A stretch of DNA of 64,000 bases, from contig CAVUDW010000003.1 of NCBI GenBank assembly GCA_963740355.1, forward strand, positions 1,856,001-1,920,000. The letters are read 5' to 3'. Shown here one piece after another: positions 18,389 to 30,646 of this stretch. This DNA comes from an uncultured Gemmatimonadaceae bacterium. Its GTDB lineage: Bacteria; Gemmatimonadota; Gemmatimonadetes; Gemmatimonadales; Gemmatimonadaceae. The translations under genes were made by a program, and so were the position numbers. Within the stretch, counting starts at the first letter, position 1. Every line of letters begins with the position of its first letter. The notes beneath the pieces are model-generated. The model did not search any database. It had not been told where the DNA came from and saw only the letters and a program-made list of their open reading frames with translations.

Positions 18389-18509
18389 TGGCCAGAACAC
18401 GCACGTCCGAAGCGCTCGGCCTGTTCGGCTCGCATGCAGGCGGCACCGGTGGCACTCGAACCCTTGCACGAATCGCCCGCAGATCGCAACACCGACCGTG
18501 CGGGTCGAA

Positions 18510-19196
18510 CTAGAAAGTCGCGCAGCTCGCCGGTGGCGTGGAATCGTTGGGGAATCGCGCGAGGCATGCACTGATGTCTCGCGCCACGCGCGACAACGCC
18601 GCATCGAGGCCGGTCACGAGACCGGCATAGTCACCTACGCGAAACGCCGCGCCACGATCGTCAGTGCTGCCTCGCACCATCACTGTACCGTCGAAGGGAC
18701 GGATGATGTCCCAGCCAGCCATCACGTGGACGCGACCATCGCGCGCCGCAGAGTCGGCGACGACGCCCTCGAAGCGCGTGACGTGCAGCTGCACCAGCAG
18801 GTCGTGCCGCACGCGCGCCGTCCATGGCGCGACGTCCACGGAGCGTATCCGTGGGGATCCCGCGAGATACGCGCCGACCGCGCGGTTGATGCCCTGATCG
18901 AGATCCCCGCCCCATCGGTGAAACTGCGAGACGATCAGCTCGTTTGCGCCGCGCCGCATCATGACGGAGGGCACGGACAGATACGACGCCATCTCGACGC
19001 GGCGCAGGCCGATACGGAATGCCTCGCCCCCCACCGAGGGCGCGCCGGCCGGGGGCGTCGGCAGTCCGCTCGCTGACCCTTCGCCGAGCGCGTACAACCG
19101 CAGCATTGGCGACTCGCGCGCGAGCTTGAAACAGCCGGTGAGCACGACGGGAACGACGAGCGTCAGCAAGCAGGCAATACGGGCGTGGGTTCGCAT
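18510..19196 (-). CDS. PqiC-family ABC transport auxiliary lipoprotein
   Basis: Lipobox VLTGC, ASYL, FHRWGGDL, VTRFEG; last gene of the mlaEFD-like operon. Confidence 0.85.
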   Translation of the reverse strand: MRTHARIACLLTLVVPVVLTGCFKLARESPMLRLYALGEGSASGLPTPPAGAPSVGGEAFRIGLRRVEMASYLSVPSVMMRRGANELIVSQFHRWGGDLDQGINRAVGAYLAGSPRIRSVDVAPWTARVRHDLLVQLHVTRFEGVVADSAARDGRVHVMAGWDIIRPFDGTVMVRGSTDDRGAAFRVGDYAGLVTGLDAALSRVARDISACLARFPNDSTPPASCATF

Positions 19197-19209
19197 GGTC
19201 ATCTCCGTC

Positions 19210-20199
19210 TCATCGGGACTGCGGCGGCTTCTTGCCGCGGAGCAGCATATCGGGATTCTGTTCAAGCGCGGTGATGAGGACCTTCAGTGCATCCGCGGCC
19301 TCGCGCAGACTCTTGAGCGCGCCGGTGAGCTCATAGCCAGGCCCGGTGTCGGCCGAGAGCAGTCCGTGTGTCTCGTCAAGCGTCGTGCGCAGCGCTTGCA
19401 GCGTGGCGATCGCCTCCGTGGACACACCCGTGACCTGGGTCTGCATCGGGTCGATCGCCTGCGTGGCGCGCTCGGCCAACTTCTGCGCCTCGGCCATCGT
19501 GCTGTTGAGCTGCGCCGTGGCGCCGGGCATCTGCCTCAGCGTTGCGCGCAGCTCGGGCAATTCGACCAGCTGCTGAACCGCTTTCGCCGATTTCACCACC
19601 GCCGCGTTGACCTCGCGCACGTTCACGTCACCGAGCATGCCATTCACCCGGTTCATGACCTTCATCACTTCGCCCAAGAGGCTGCCGGCACCGCCCCCGA
19701 TCGCCGCCATGAGCGACGGAGTGATCGGAATCTCTGGCCATGCGGTCTTTCTCTTCTCGAGCTTGGGCCGCGTGGAATCAGCCCGATAACTGAGCTCGAC
19801 GTACAGCACGCCTGTCACGAAGCTCTCCATCTGCAGCTGTGCGCGGAGCCCCTTCGCGACCTGTTGCCGAAGCACCAGCGTGTCGGACAGATCCACGAAC
19901 GTGCCGCGCGGCGTCGTGAGACGCGGCAGGTCGATCTCGTACTCGACGGGCACCTGGAACGAGTCGTCTAACCGGTCGATCTCGATGTTGATCGCCGTCA
20001 CGCGGCCGATCGGCACCCCCTGGAACTTCACGGGCGCACCGTTCGCAAGTCCGTTCACCGACTCGGGGAAGAAACTGATGAACGTCGTGCGATCCTGAAA
20101 CCAGGTCGGCGACGCGAGCACGAACGTACCGGCGATCGCGATCACCAGCCCACCAAGCAGAAAGAAACCGATGGCGGTCGGGTTGGCGCGCATGCTCAT
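19210..20199 (-). CDS. MCE/MlaD family protein
   Basis: N-terminal TM, SVNGLANGAPVKFQGVPIGRV, GLRAQL, VTGVLYVEL, coiled-coil tail ending LEQNPDMLLRG. Confidence 0.9.
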   Translation of the reverse strand: MSMRANPTAIGFFLLGGLVIAIAGTFVLASPTWFQDRTTFISFFPESVNGLANGAPVKFQGVPIGRVTAINIEIDRLDDSFQVPVEYEIDLPRLTTPRGTFVDLSDTLVLRQQVAKGLRAQLQMESFVTGVLYVELSYRADSTRPKLEKRKTAWPEIPITPSLMAAIGGGAGSLLGEVMKVMNRVNGMLGDVNVREVNAAVVKSAKAVQQLVELPELRATLRQMPGATAQLNSTMAEAQKLAERATQAIDPMQTQVTGVSTEAIATLQALRTTLDETHGLLSADTGPGYELTGALKSLREAADALKVLITALEQNPDMLLRGKKPPQSR

Positions 20200-20960
20200 G
20201 AAGCACCTTTGCTGCTACGGGTAAGAAATTGATGCACCTGCGCGTTGGGCGGATGGTCGCGCAGCTCCGCCGGCGGGCCGAGAGCCGTCGCGGTTTTCGT
20301 GTCGATATCGAGGAACAGCGCCCGGTCCGCGACGCGAAAGATGCTGTCGAGATCGTGTGTCACGATCACGATGGTCGTGCCGAAGCTTGCCTTGAGCTCC
20401 AGAATCAGGTCGTCCAGCCGACTCGCGCTGATCGGGTCGAGCCCCGACGACGGCTCGTCGAAGAAGAGCACGTCGGGATCGAGTGCGATGGCACGTGCCA
20501 GCGCGGCACGCTTGCGCATGCCACCGCTGATGGCCGACGGATAAAAATCCTCGAAGCCGCGCAGTCCCACGAGCGCGAGCTTGAACGACACGGTTTCGGC
20601 GATCGCCCGCGCATCGAGCTCCGTGAATTCCTCCAGCGGCAGCGCAACGTTCTCGGCCAGTGTGAGCCCGCTCCAGAGCGCACCGTTCTGGTACAGCACA
20701 CCGATGCGGCGCAGCACGCGGCTGCGCGCCGTGTCGTCGGTGATGTCGAACGCCTTGCCCTCGAACAGGATCGACCCCTGTGCGGGTGACTTGAGACCGA
20801 TGAGATGCTTGAGCAGCGTGCTCTTGCCACTGCCGCTGCCGCCCATGAGCACGAACACCTCGCCGCGCGCCACGGTGAAATTGATGTCCTGCATGATGAT
20901 GCGATCGCCGTATGTCATGGTCAGGTCGCGGACCTCGATTGCCGGCGTTTCGTCGCTCAT
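20196..20960 (-). CDS. MlaF/Mkl-type ABC ATP-binding protein
   Basis: GGSGSGKS, ISGGMRKRAALARA, FFDEPSSGLDP, VTHD. Confidence 0.92.
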   Translation of the reverse strand: MSDETPAIEVRDLTMTYGDRIIMQDINFTVARGEVFVLMGGSGSGKSTLLKHLIGLKSPAQGSILFEGKAFDITDDTARSRVLRRIGVLYQNGALWSGLTLAENVALPLEEFTELDARAIAETVSFKLALVGLRGFEDFYPSAISGGMRKRAALARAIALDPDVLFFDEPSSGLDPISASRLDDLILELKASFGTTIVIVTHDLDSIFRVADRALFLDIDTKTATALGPPAELRDHPPNAQVHQFLTRSSKGAS

Positions 20961-22108
20961 ACTTTGAGCAGGGCCGCGAGCCAGTCGATGACCGCGTTGG
21001 CCGCGATGATAAGCGTGATGCCGAGGACGACGGCGGCGGTTGCGGCGCGCCCGACGGCACTCGCGTCGGAACCGCCCTGCAGGCCTTTCATGCACCCCGC
21101 AAAGCCAACGATCAGTCCGAAGACGGTGCCCTTCAGGAGGCCGAGGAGTGCATCGGAGATCGTGACAGCTGCCAGCAAACCGTTCATGAACTGCGTGTAC
21201 GACAACTCGAGCAGCGCCCGCGACACGAGCATGCCACCCGCAATGCCGACGAAATCGGCGTAGAGCGTGAGCAGGGGCATCATCAGGAACAGCCCCAGGA
21301 TGCGGGGCAGCACGAGATGGTCGATCGGCGACACACCAAGCGTCGTGTAGGCGTCGATCTCCTCGGTGACCTTCATGGTGCCCAATTCGGCCGCGAAGGC
21401 CGCACCGGTGCGGCCGGCGATGATGATACCCGTCATCAGCGCCGCCATTTCACGCAGCATCCCGAAGCCGACGAGATAGGAAACGTAGTAGCCCGCGCCA
21501 AACCGCTCGAGCACCACCACGCCGAGAAAGGCGATGATCACACCGATGAGCAGCGCGATCAGCGTCACGATCGGGAGTGCCCCCGAACTGTTGATCTGCA
21601 CCACGACCCAGAACTGGCGCCACCGCATGTGGTTGCTGCGCGTGAACAGCCTCGCGAAGGACAGCGCGACTTCGCCGACGAAGGTGATCGTGGTCACTAC
21701 GCTGCGCGACGCGCCGAGCACCGCGGTGCCGAGACGGGTCACGAACCACGCGCGCGGGGGCGGATCGGGCTGCACGTTGTCGGGGACCGCATTCGCGAGC
21801 GCAAGGAGCCGCTCAGTCCGTTCAGGGAGCCCAGTGCGGTCACACTCGAGCCCGTGTTCGTCGCAGTAGCGCTGACACTGCACCAGGAAGATCAGGAGAC
21901 TGCTGTCCCATGGTCCGAGCTCCGTGGCATCGAACGTCAGCCTGCGAAGCCCTGGCTCTCCGATTGCGCTACTGCCGACGAGCGCGTCGAAACGTGGCTG
22001 AGCCTGCTCGAGCGACCAAGCGCCACCGATCACGACGACCAGCGAGTTGCCCTCCGTCCGGAGCGCGGCGTGAGCAGCATCCATCACGCTGGCCTCGGTG
22101 CGGTGCAT
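20957..22108 (-). CDS. MlaE-type ABC permease with N-terminal STAS-like domain
   Basis: LREMAALMTGIIIAGRTGAAFAAELGTMKVTEEIDA, LVLPR, VGRAAT. Confidence 0.92.
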   Translation of the reverse strand: MHRTEASVMDAAHAALRTEGNSLVVVIGGAWSLEQAQPRFDALVGSSAIGEPGLRRLTFDATELGPWDSSLLIFLVQCQRYCDEHGLECDRTGLPERTERLLALANAVPDNVQPDPPPRAWFVTRLGTAVLGASRSVVTTITFVGEVALSFARLFTRSNHMRWRQFWVVVQINSSGALPIVTLIALLIGVIIAFLGVVVLERFGAGYYVSYLVGFGMLREMAALMTGIIIAGRTGAAFAAELGTMKVTEEIDAYTTLGVSPIDHLVLPRILGLFLMMPLLTLYADFVGIAGGMLVSRALLELSYTQFMNGLLAAVTISDALLGLLKGTVFGLIVGFAGCMKGLQGGSDASAVGRAATAAVVLGITLIIAANAVIDWLAALLKV

Positions 22109-22120
22109 GCTCTCCCTTTT

Positions 22121-22186
22121 CGATGATATGACGCGAGCCAAAAAACTGTCTGCCGATGATACGGCGCGAGCCGAAAACTGTCGTGC
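22121..22186. repeat. Imperfect 33-bp tandem duplication upstream of the mlaE-like gene
   Basis: CGATGATATGACGCGAGCCAAAAAACTGTCTGC followed by CGATGATACGGCGCGAGCCGAAAACTGTCGTGC. Confidence 0.75.
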
Positions 22187-22262
22187 TGGCGGGGGTGTGC
22201 GCCCGATATCACGGGCAAGTTACTACCGAGTTCGAGCGTGCGGCCGCACGGCCGCCGACACC

Positions 22263-22360
22263 GGCAATTCCGGTGACAGTGCACTCATTGGCAATTCCGG
22301 TGACAGTGCACTCGTTGTGTAACAATGAGTGCACTGTCACCGGAATCACACCGGAATCAC
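22263..22360. repeat. REP-like element: two direct 27-bp units plus one inverted unit (core CGGTGACAGTGC)
   Basis: GGCAATTCCGGTGACAGTGCACTCRTT at 22263 and 22290; inverted copy at 22324-22346; partial CACCGGAATCAC duplication after it. Confidence 0.85.
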
Positions 22361-24186
22361 CGACCTGACCAGAGCACCTGGTAGTCACGGTTGGCCGCTT
22401 CCTTCGCCTTGAAGTCCTTCAGCGCCGTGCGCAGCGCCGACGCGAAGTCGGCGGTGCGCATGACTTCGCGCAGCACGGCCGGTGTGACGGCCTCGTTCTT
22501 CTTCAGCGGTCGGCCGGCGCCCGTGATCGTACCGGTGACGAACTTCGTCGCGGCGGAGTGACCGTTGGGTGCACCGATCATCTCGAAGGCGAGCGTCGGA
22601 ATCATGCTCCCTCCATCCTTCTCGCTCAGTTCGAGATCGAGCGTGACCTTGAGCAGCGTGTTGGCGCCAGTCTCACGCATGATCCGCGAGTCCACCCGAT
22701 TCCAGCCGTAACCCACGGACACTGGCAGGACAGCCGAGAGCAGGGTCGTGCCCTTGTAGCTATGCGTGAACTGCACGTCGGTGGTCTCGTCGTCCTTTGA
22801 GAAAGGCGACAGCGACTGATACGCCGGCGAGGCGACGACCTTGTCGATTGGAAGCATGGTTGCGCCAAGCTCCGATACGAACACTGGGCTCAGCGCATCG
22901 TACAGTTCTCCCAGCGCCACGTCCCACACCGCGTCCGGCAACTGCGGGAATCGCAGCGTGCGCGTTTCGGTGGTGCGGGTGGTGGCGGTGCTGGTCGTGC
23001 GGCTCTTGCTCAGGTACGTCTTGCCACGCACCGCGAACGACAGCACCGCGATGCTCGTGGCCTGTGTGATCGGGCGTGACGCGAATGCACCCGGCTTGAA
23101 CAGCGAGTACTCCAGCTTCCCGCCGGGCAGTGATAGCTCGGCCTTCGTCGTGATCCCGGTGTTCATGTCGGCCGACGGCGAGGCGCGGAACATGCGCCCA
23201 TCGCTCTCCGAGGTCATGATCTGCAGGCCGGCGAATGCGCCAGTCGCTTCGAGCGCAGTTTCCCAGCGCTCACGACTCACCAGCAGGTAGCTGTCGTTGA
23301 GGTTCGCTCCGGCCTTCACGTTGCCTGGTGCGATGTTCAGGTTCCGGAAGGCCGCCGCCGGCACCGTCACCGTTGCGCCGGGCTTCACGTAATACGCATC
23401 GTAGAATTCGCGCAGGCCGAGCACACTCGTGATGACCTTCACGACGATTGGGGACGTATCCGCAGCCGTCACACCGGCGAGCTGGATCGTGACATCCTTC
23501 GTCACGTCGATCGTCTCGGGATTGGCCTGTCCGTTGATGGTGACGACGCGCAGTGTGCCGTGCGGCGCCGGAATCGTGAAGCCCGCCTTTTGCCCCGTCG
23601 TCGTGGTGACCTCGACTCGGCGGGTTCCCTTGGTTGCCGGTGCCAATGCCGAGTAGACGCCCATTGTCGCATAGTCGGCCGTGCGACCGTCCACCGTCAC
23701 GGTGCCGTCGATCTTCGACATCATGCCGCCCGTGCGCTGTGTGAAGTTCACGGTCACCATGTCGCCGCCGCCGTCGCCCCAGTTGGGAATGATCTTCGTT
23801 CCCATGGTACCGAGCGACTTCGGCCAGGTGTTCGAGACGCGATAGACAAGCGGCACGACGGTGCTGAGGTCGGCGGTGCTACCCGTCATGACATTGCCGG
23901 CGACCGAGGCGATCGTGCCAACGACGCGGCTCGTCGCGCCACTTACCATCCCGCCCAGTGAAAAGCCCCGCTTTCGGGGAGCAGCTGCCGGTGTGGTTGT
24001 GGTGTCGCCATTTGCCTTGGCGGTACTGTCCGCGCGGGCCTTGACGACGCTGTCGGCGCGCGCCTTGGCCAGTGATGCGCTGTCAGGCTTGGAGCCGCGG
24101 CCGAAACGACCGAGCTGCGCGTGGGCGTCCGCAGGGGCCGCGGAGCAGACGAGCGCCGCGGCGAGGAGCAGTTTCCGTGATGTCAT
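22357..24186 (-). CDS. Hypothetical secreted protein (609 aa)
   Basis: Signal peptide ending AHA-Q, strong GC3 codon bias; no family recognised. Confidence 0.75.
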   Translation of the reverse strand: MTSRKLLLAAALVCSAAPADAHAQLGRFGRGSKPDSASLAKARADSVVKARADSTAKANGDTTTTPAAAPRKRGFSLGGMVSGATSRVVGTIASVAGNVMTGSTADLSTVVPLVYRVSNTWPKSLGTMGTKIIPNWGDGGGDMVTVNFTQRTGGMMSKIDGTVTVDGRTADYATMGVYSALAPATKGTRRVEVTTTTGQKAGFTIPAPHGTLRVVTINGQANPETIDVTKDVTIQLAGVTAADTSPIVVKVITSVLGLREFYDAYYVKPGATVTVPAAAFRNLNIAPGNVKAGANLNDSYLLVSRERWETALEATGAFAGLQIMTSESDGRMFRASPSADMNTGITTKAELSLPGGKLEYSLFKPGAFASRPITQATSIAVLSFAVRGKTYLSKSRTTSTATTRTTETRTLRFPQLPDAVWDVALGELYDALSPVFVSELGATMLPIDKVVASPAYQSLSPFSKDDETTDVQFTHSYKGTTLLSAVLPVSVGYGWNRVDSRIMRETGANTLLKVTLDLELSEKDGGSMIPTLAFEMIGAPNGHSAATKFVTGTITGAGRPLKKNEAVTPAVLREVMRTADFASALRTALKDFKAKEAANRDYQVLWSGR

Positions 24187-24591
24187 GACGTGGCGATGAG
24201 GTGTGCAGTCGTCCCGAGAGGACGCTCACGAATCATGCCCGTCAACACGCCAGCGGTCCGCAGGCTGCACATCGGCAGTCGGGCGAGAGGAGCGGGATGG
24301 AGACCGGCGACACGCGAACGCGTACGTCATAACACATAGTCGCGTTCTGTAACCGGCTGCATCCTCCGAACGGGTGAGGCGGAGCGGCGAGGCAACCTGC
24401 GTGATCTCCCAAGGAGGCGACGGCGGCACCGGCACTGAGACAGCCCCCAGTGCAGCTTGGCTCGACCGAGGGCGCCACTTCACGCGAGTACGACTTCGGC
24501 GATTCGTGCTCATGGCGGCAGTATCAGGGGACGCTACGCGAGGTAATCGCGCCGTGCTCGCGCCGATGTCGCCGCCGGCTCCCAGCCGCAC

Positions 24592-26016
24592 TCACGGCAC
24601 CGGACTGCCCGCCTTTGCCGGAACGCCGCCGCGTTGCAGCGCGGGAAACATCTCCGCGATCCCGTCGACGATAGCCGTCTCGGCACAGCCCGGCTTGAGG
24701 GTCGACGATAAGACCTCGAAGATGTTGAAGCCGAATGCCGCGTCGTTCGGGATGTAGCCGGATCGCGCCCACCCGTTCGTCAGCGTCGCCATCATCGTGT
24801 GCGCGTACGGTGACTGCCGCTTCAGGCGCTGCGCGACAAGGTTGAACACCTCGGCGTTCACTCCGCCGATCGCGACATCGCCGATCATCATCAGGCTGAG
24901 TCGTATCTCGATCGGCGCCGCATCCTTGTACGTGCCCGGAAAACCGGCCCGGCCGGAGTCAGTTCGTTCGCGACCCGGGCACACCACGGTCCGCTGATCG
25001 GCGTAGAGTGGTGCAGTTGGAACCGCCGCCTTGATGCCGCGCATCACGTGCAGCACTTCCTCTCCGAGCATCTGGCCCATCGACACCACCATCTGTCGCT
25101 GCTGCGACATCAGCTTCGCAACGCGGGCGTTGTTGCGATCCAACCCCTGGCCACCTGGCGGCATCGCGTTGCTGATGTCGACGCCACGCGCGGCATACTC
25201 CTTGATCCGGATGTCGCGCAGCTCGTACGTCTGGTTGAAGAACACCGGGTTCTGGTCACCTGCTGCACCCTCCGACCAGAGCGCGACCACGCGATCGTCG
25301 AAGTTGTCCTCGATGTATCGGGACGTGGCGCCCGGCGCATCGCCGCTCACTTGATCGAGAGCACCCGCGAGTACGGCGTGCATGGCGTAGTTGTAGTACA
25401 CGGCGATCGGCACACCAGCGGGCGTCTCGACCGTGATCACGGCCACCGTCTTGTCGGATGGACCGTCGTAGTTCGGGCCTTCCCACCATCGGTGCGTGGT
25501 GGGGTCGATGATGTTGCGATTGACGTTCAGGTACGAAACGCCGGTGCCGTAGCCGACACGCGCCGGCTGCAGCCTCCCGCTCGCCAGTTCGACCGCCGCC
25601 ACGATCTTGTCCGCCAGCGCGGGAATCGGCGTGTTCCACGGTACGCTGTGCGAATGTGTGGCGGTGATGAACACATTGCGCGCCGGAATGCCGAGCTTCG
25701 CTGACAACGGCGCGGTCACCGCACGCCAGAGCGGGTCGGGGATCCCGCCGGCGTCCACCGTGATCAGCGCCATCCGCTGCGCACCGTCGTCGACGACCAA
25801 CGCCCGCGCGAAGATGCGATCGAGCACACCGAGGTATCCTTTCGGCAGCTCAGCCGCCGACGGTGTGACATCCACCTTGGCAGCACCGGCGCGGAATACG
25901 CTTCCGGCTGGCGTCTGGCTGCCGAGCCGTGTTGCTGGCATGATCAGCAGCGCAGTGACCAGCACGGCGAGTTTGACGCTCATGGACGCTCTCCGGAGGT
26001 GCGCGGTGGCGGGCAC
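24592..26016 (-). CDS. Neutral/alkaline ceramidase-family hydrolase
   Basis: RAGAAKVDVTP, ITATHSHS, NVNR, YNYAMH, GAAGDQNP, GYIP. Confidence 0.8.
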   Translation of the reverse strand: MPATAHLRRASMSVKLAVLVTALLIMPATRLGSQTPAGSVFRAGAAKVDVTPSAAELPKGYLGVLDRIFARALVVDDGAQRMALITVDAGGIPDPLWRAVTAPLSAKLGIPARNVFITATHSHSVPWNTPIPALADKIVAAVELASGRLQPARVGYGTGVSYLNVNRNIIDPTTHRWWEGPNYDGPSDKTVAVITVETPAGVPIAVYYNYAMHAVLAGALDQVSGDAPGATSRYIEDNFDDRVVALWSEGAAGDQNPVFFNQTYELRDIRIKEYAARGVDISNAMPPGGQGLDRNNARVAKLMSQQRQMVVSMGQMLGEEVLHVMRGIKAAVPTAPLYADQRTVVCPGRERTDSGRAGFPGTYKDAAPIEIRLSLMMIGDVAIGGVNAEVFNLVAQRLKRQSPYAHTMMATLTNGWARSGYIPNDAAFGFNIFEVLSSTLKPGCAETAIVDGIAEMFPALQRGGVPAKAGSPVP

Positions 26017-26103
26017 GTCACGCGCTTGGTTACGTGGCGTGTGCGCGTGAACAATACCACGGGAAGCGCCTGTCGGTCGTGGCGTGCAGCGCGCCAGGCT
26101 CGG

Positions 26104-26709
26104 TCACGGCGCCGCGGAATCACTCCGCGTGATGGTTTCCGACAGTCGCGCCCAGGGTACGCCGAGTACGGTCACCTGCGCTTGATTGTCCACGGTGCGA
26201 GCATCGGCGTTGAGCGTCAGCCATTGCTCCATGTACACCGCTGGATGCCGCAGCAGATAGCGCAGATGGAACCGCGCGCCATTCGTCTCGGCCTGCACCT
26301 CGCCTTTCGCATCGCTGAGGGTCGCAGTGAAATGCGTCGCATCAACACGCCGCAGGTACCACACGCGCGTCTCGATGCTGCTGTCGCCAAAGGTGATCGT
26401 CTGATCGAGTCGAAAGCGACCATCGGTTTCGGTGCGACCGACTCCCTCGACACGCAAAGGTCGGTCGGTGCCGATGCGGACATCCAACCGGCCTTCGCCA
26501 TGCGTGTGTCCGGCGAAGAACTGCGTCGGATCGAAGATCGGCTGCGCAGCCGGCGCTGAGCGCGGCGGCAGGCTTGCAAGGCATCCGGCGAGCAATAACG
26601 CCAGCCCCACCGGAGCGACAAGCCGAGCTGCGCGCCGGCGAGAATCGCGGCACGAAATCGGATCGTCGCACCGACGTCGAGCTCCTGCGGGGAGCGAAGG
26701 TCGCTCCAT
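26104..26709 (-). CDS. DUF3833-family lipoprotein
   Basis: Lipobox LLAGC, FDPTQFFAGHTHGEG, RVWYLRR, MEQWL, LSETI. Confidence 0.75.
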   Translation of the reverse strand: MERPSLPAGARRRCDDPISCRDSRRRAARLVAPVGLALLLAGCLASLPPRSAPAAQPIFDPTQFFAGHTHGEGRLDVRIGTDRPLRVEGVGRTETDGRFRLDQTITFGDSSIETRVWYLRRVDATHFTATLSDAKGEVQAETNGARFHLRYLLRHPAVYMEQWLTLNADARTVDNQAQVTVLGVPWARLSETITRSDSAAP

Positions 26710-26756
26710 CGGATCGCGACCTCCGAGCGAGCTGGGAGCGTGCTGTCGCAGCGCGG

Positions 26757-27059
26757 CTACGCCGGCAACTTTGATGCGAGCACGTCGGCGGAGAGGAGCC
26801 GCGGCGGGCTCGCCAGCAGTTCGTCTGCCGACGCCATCAGCGCGGCCGCGATCGGCCCCTGCAAATGTGCCTGACGACCGGCATCGGTCGGGAACGCATC
26901 GACGATCCAGAACGTGGTCGGGCTCGTACGGAGTGCGAACCAGGCGGTCGTCGCGGGTTCGGCCTGCGCGAGCGGCAGTGCAGACGCGAGGAATGCGGCG
27001 AGCTTGTCAGCCGTCTCGGCTTTCGCCTCGAGTTCAACGACCAGTGCAACCGTGACCAT
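26757..27059 (-). CDS. Antibiotic biosynthesis monooxygenase (ABM) domain protein
   Basis: LVVELEAK, EPATTAWFALR, FWIVDAF, GRQAHLQGPIAAALM. Confidence 0.85.
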   Translation of the reverse strand: MVTVALVVELEAKAETADKLAAFLASALPLAQAEPATTAWFALRTSPTTFWIVDAFPTDAGRQAHLQGPIAAALMASADELLASPPRLLSADVLASKLPA

Positions 27060-27343
27060 GAATACTCCGGTGGATAACGCCATCTCCGCGCGAGACTGAG
27101 TATGAGGCGGAGAGGGCTAGTTGTGTCGGGTGCCGTGATGCGCGAGGAGCATGCGATCACGCGCGGCAAGGAACACTGCGGACGAACGTGGAGCATTGCG
27201 TCGCTGGTGCTCCTCACATGAAGTCGCGAGACACCAGTCCGTTCCACGCAATCGTCGCAGCAGATGAGGCGCGACATACAGCTGAGTCGGCTGTGGAGAG
27301 GCCTCGCCAACGCCGGAAGAACGGCGCGAGCCGACCCGGAGCG

Positions 27344-28351
27344 CTATTCGATGCGGTACAACCAGCCCATGTATCGCACCCACACCGCGCCATCTGCAGT
27401 CGTGAGATAGCGGTTGTCGGCGAATCCGATGCGCGCATCGTTTCGCTTCTGGTCAGTCGTCGAGAAATGCATCGTACGCGCGCCGATCGTCAGACCATAC
27501 TGCACGATTGATCGAAATTTGTAGTTCGGATAATCGAGTTCCCTTCCGCCGTCGAGCACCTCTTCCTCATGAAGCCTGACTGTCCCGTCCGTGATCGTGA
27601 ATTCGGCTCCCCCAGCGGTGGTATCGGCCGCAGGATTCATGGATGGACGCAGTGCGGGAAAGCGATCCCGGTATGGAGCAATATCTTCCTCCGCATACGT
27701 GAGCGGCGTCCACAGCGTGCGCTTCCCCACCGGCCCCGCGACATAGACAAACAATTTGCCGCTGGGCCACACCAGCCAATGGCAGTCCGTGCACTTTGCC
27801 ATCGCCGCATCGAACAACTTCATGTACGCCGGGATGTATTCATCGCGCGTCATCAGCTCGATGTCTTCCTTCGTCTGAAAATGCTGCTCGTGCCAGACCG
27901 GAATGTTTTCTGCGATCTTCAGCGTGGCAGTGTTGATCACGATGAAGTAGTCGCCTGAGTAGAACATCAACTCGTTGCCGAGCAATCCCATGGATGAGCC
28001 CCACGCATCATCCATGTCTTTCAGCTCGAGATGGCGCAGCACCTTTCCCCTGGAGTCGAGCTCGAAAATTCGGGCATCGATTCGCTCGGGTGGCCGCGGG
28101 TCATCCGGGTTGCGCTTGCCGAACGCCTTGTACGCCAACGCGTACAGATGCTGTTTGTCGGGCGCGATGAAGAACGTCTTCATCTGAAACCCGTCCGGGA
28201 GCTCGACATGCTCGAACCTGAGACCGGCAACATCCGTTTCCGGGAAGCGCTGGTACGGCTGAGAAGGAGCCTTATCCGGCTCCTTGCGGCCGCCAACGCA
28301 GCTGGCGAGAAACGTGAGCAGGGACATGGCGACCAGTGCGGGTTTCAGCAT
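27344..28351 (-). CDS. Hypothetical lipoprotein
   Basis: Lipobox FLASC; 335-aa ORF with normal protein composition. Confidence 0.75.
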   Translation of the reverse strand: MLKPALVAMSLLTFLASCVGGRKEPDKAPSQPYQRFPETDVAGLRFEHVELPDGFQMKTFFIAPDKQHLYALAYKAFGKRNPDDPRPPERIDARIFELDSRGKVLRHLELKDMDDAWGSSMGLLGNELMFYSGDYFIVINTATLKIAENIPVWHEQHFQTKEDIELMTRDEYIPAYMKLFDAAMAKCTDCHWLVWPSGKLFVYVAGPVGKRTLWTPLTYAEEDIAPYRDRFPALRPSMNPAADTTAGGAEFTITDGTVRLHEEEVLDGGRELDYPNYKFRSIVQYGLTIGARTMHFSTTDQKRNDARIGFADNRYLTTADGAVWVRYMGWLYRIE

Positions 28352-28638
28352 GTCGCAAGCTCCGTGCGGTCACGGTGCTGCGCAACATGACGCGGACGAT
28401 TGATTACAAATCTGGCGGCGATGAGCGTTCGCTTCGTCATCCGTCAGAAACCTGATGTATGGTGCGCGAGATGCACGACTCGAGGTCGCCCGCGCATTCG
28501 GTATCGCCGCCAATGCCGACGTGCTGCTCATCATTGCGCTGTCGGCCGATCGAACGGTGGACTTGGCTCTCGTGGGTCGGCTCATGCGGCGCGCTCCACA
28601 GAACCGCCGGTGACCGCCGGCCTTTCTCGGTCCAACGC

Positions 28639-30642
<2,004 letters not shown>

Positions 30643-30646
<4 letters not shown>

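Noticed and set aside
18400..18465. Additional queG relics here and near 27140-27185
   Set aside because: Only a few matching words; indistinguishable from chance by eye.
22263..22360. CRISPR array
   Set aside because: The repeats abut with no unique spacers, one unit is inverted, and no cas genes are present.
28455..28613. Small plus-strand membrane ORF
   Set aside because: Short, no clear RBS or family signature; at most a relic.
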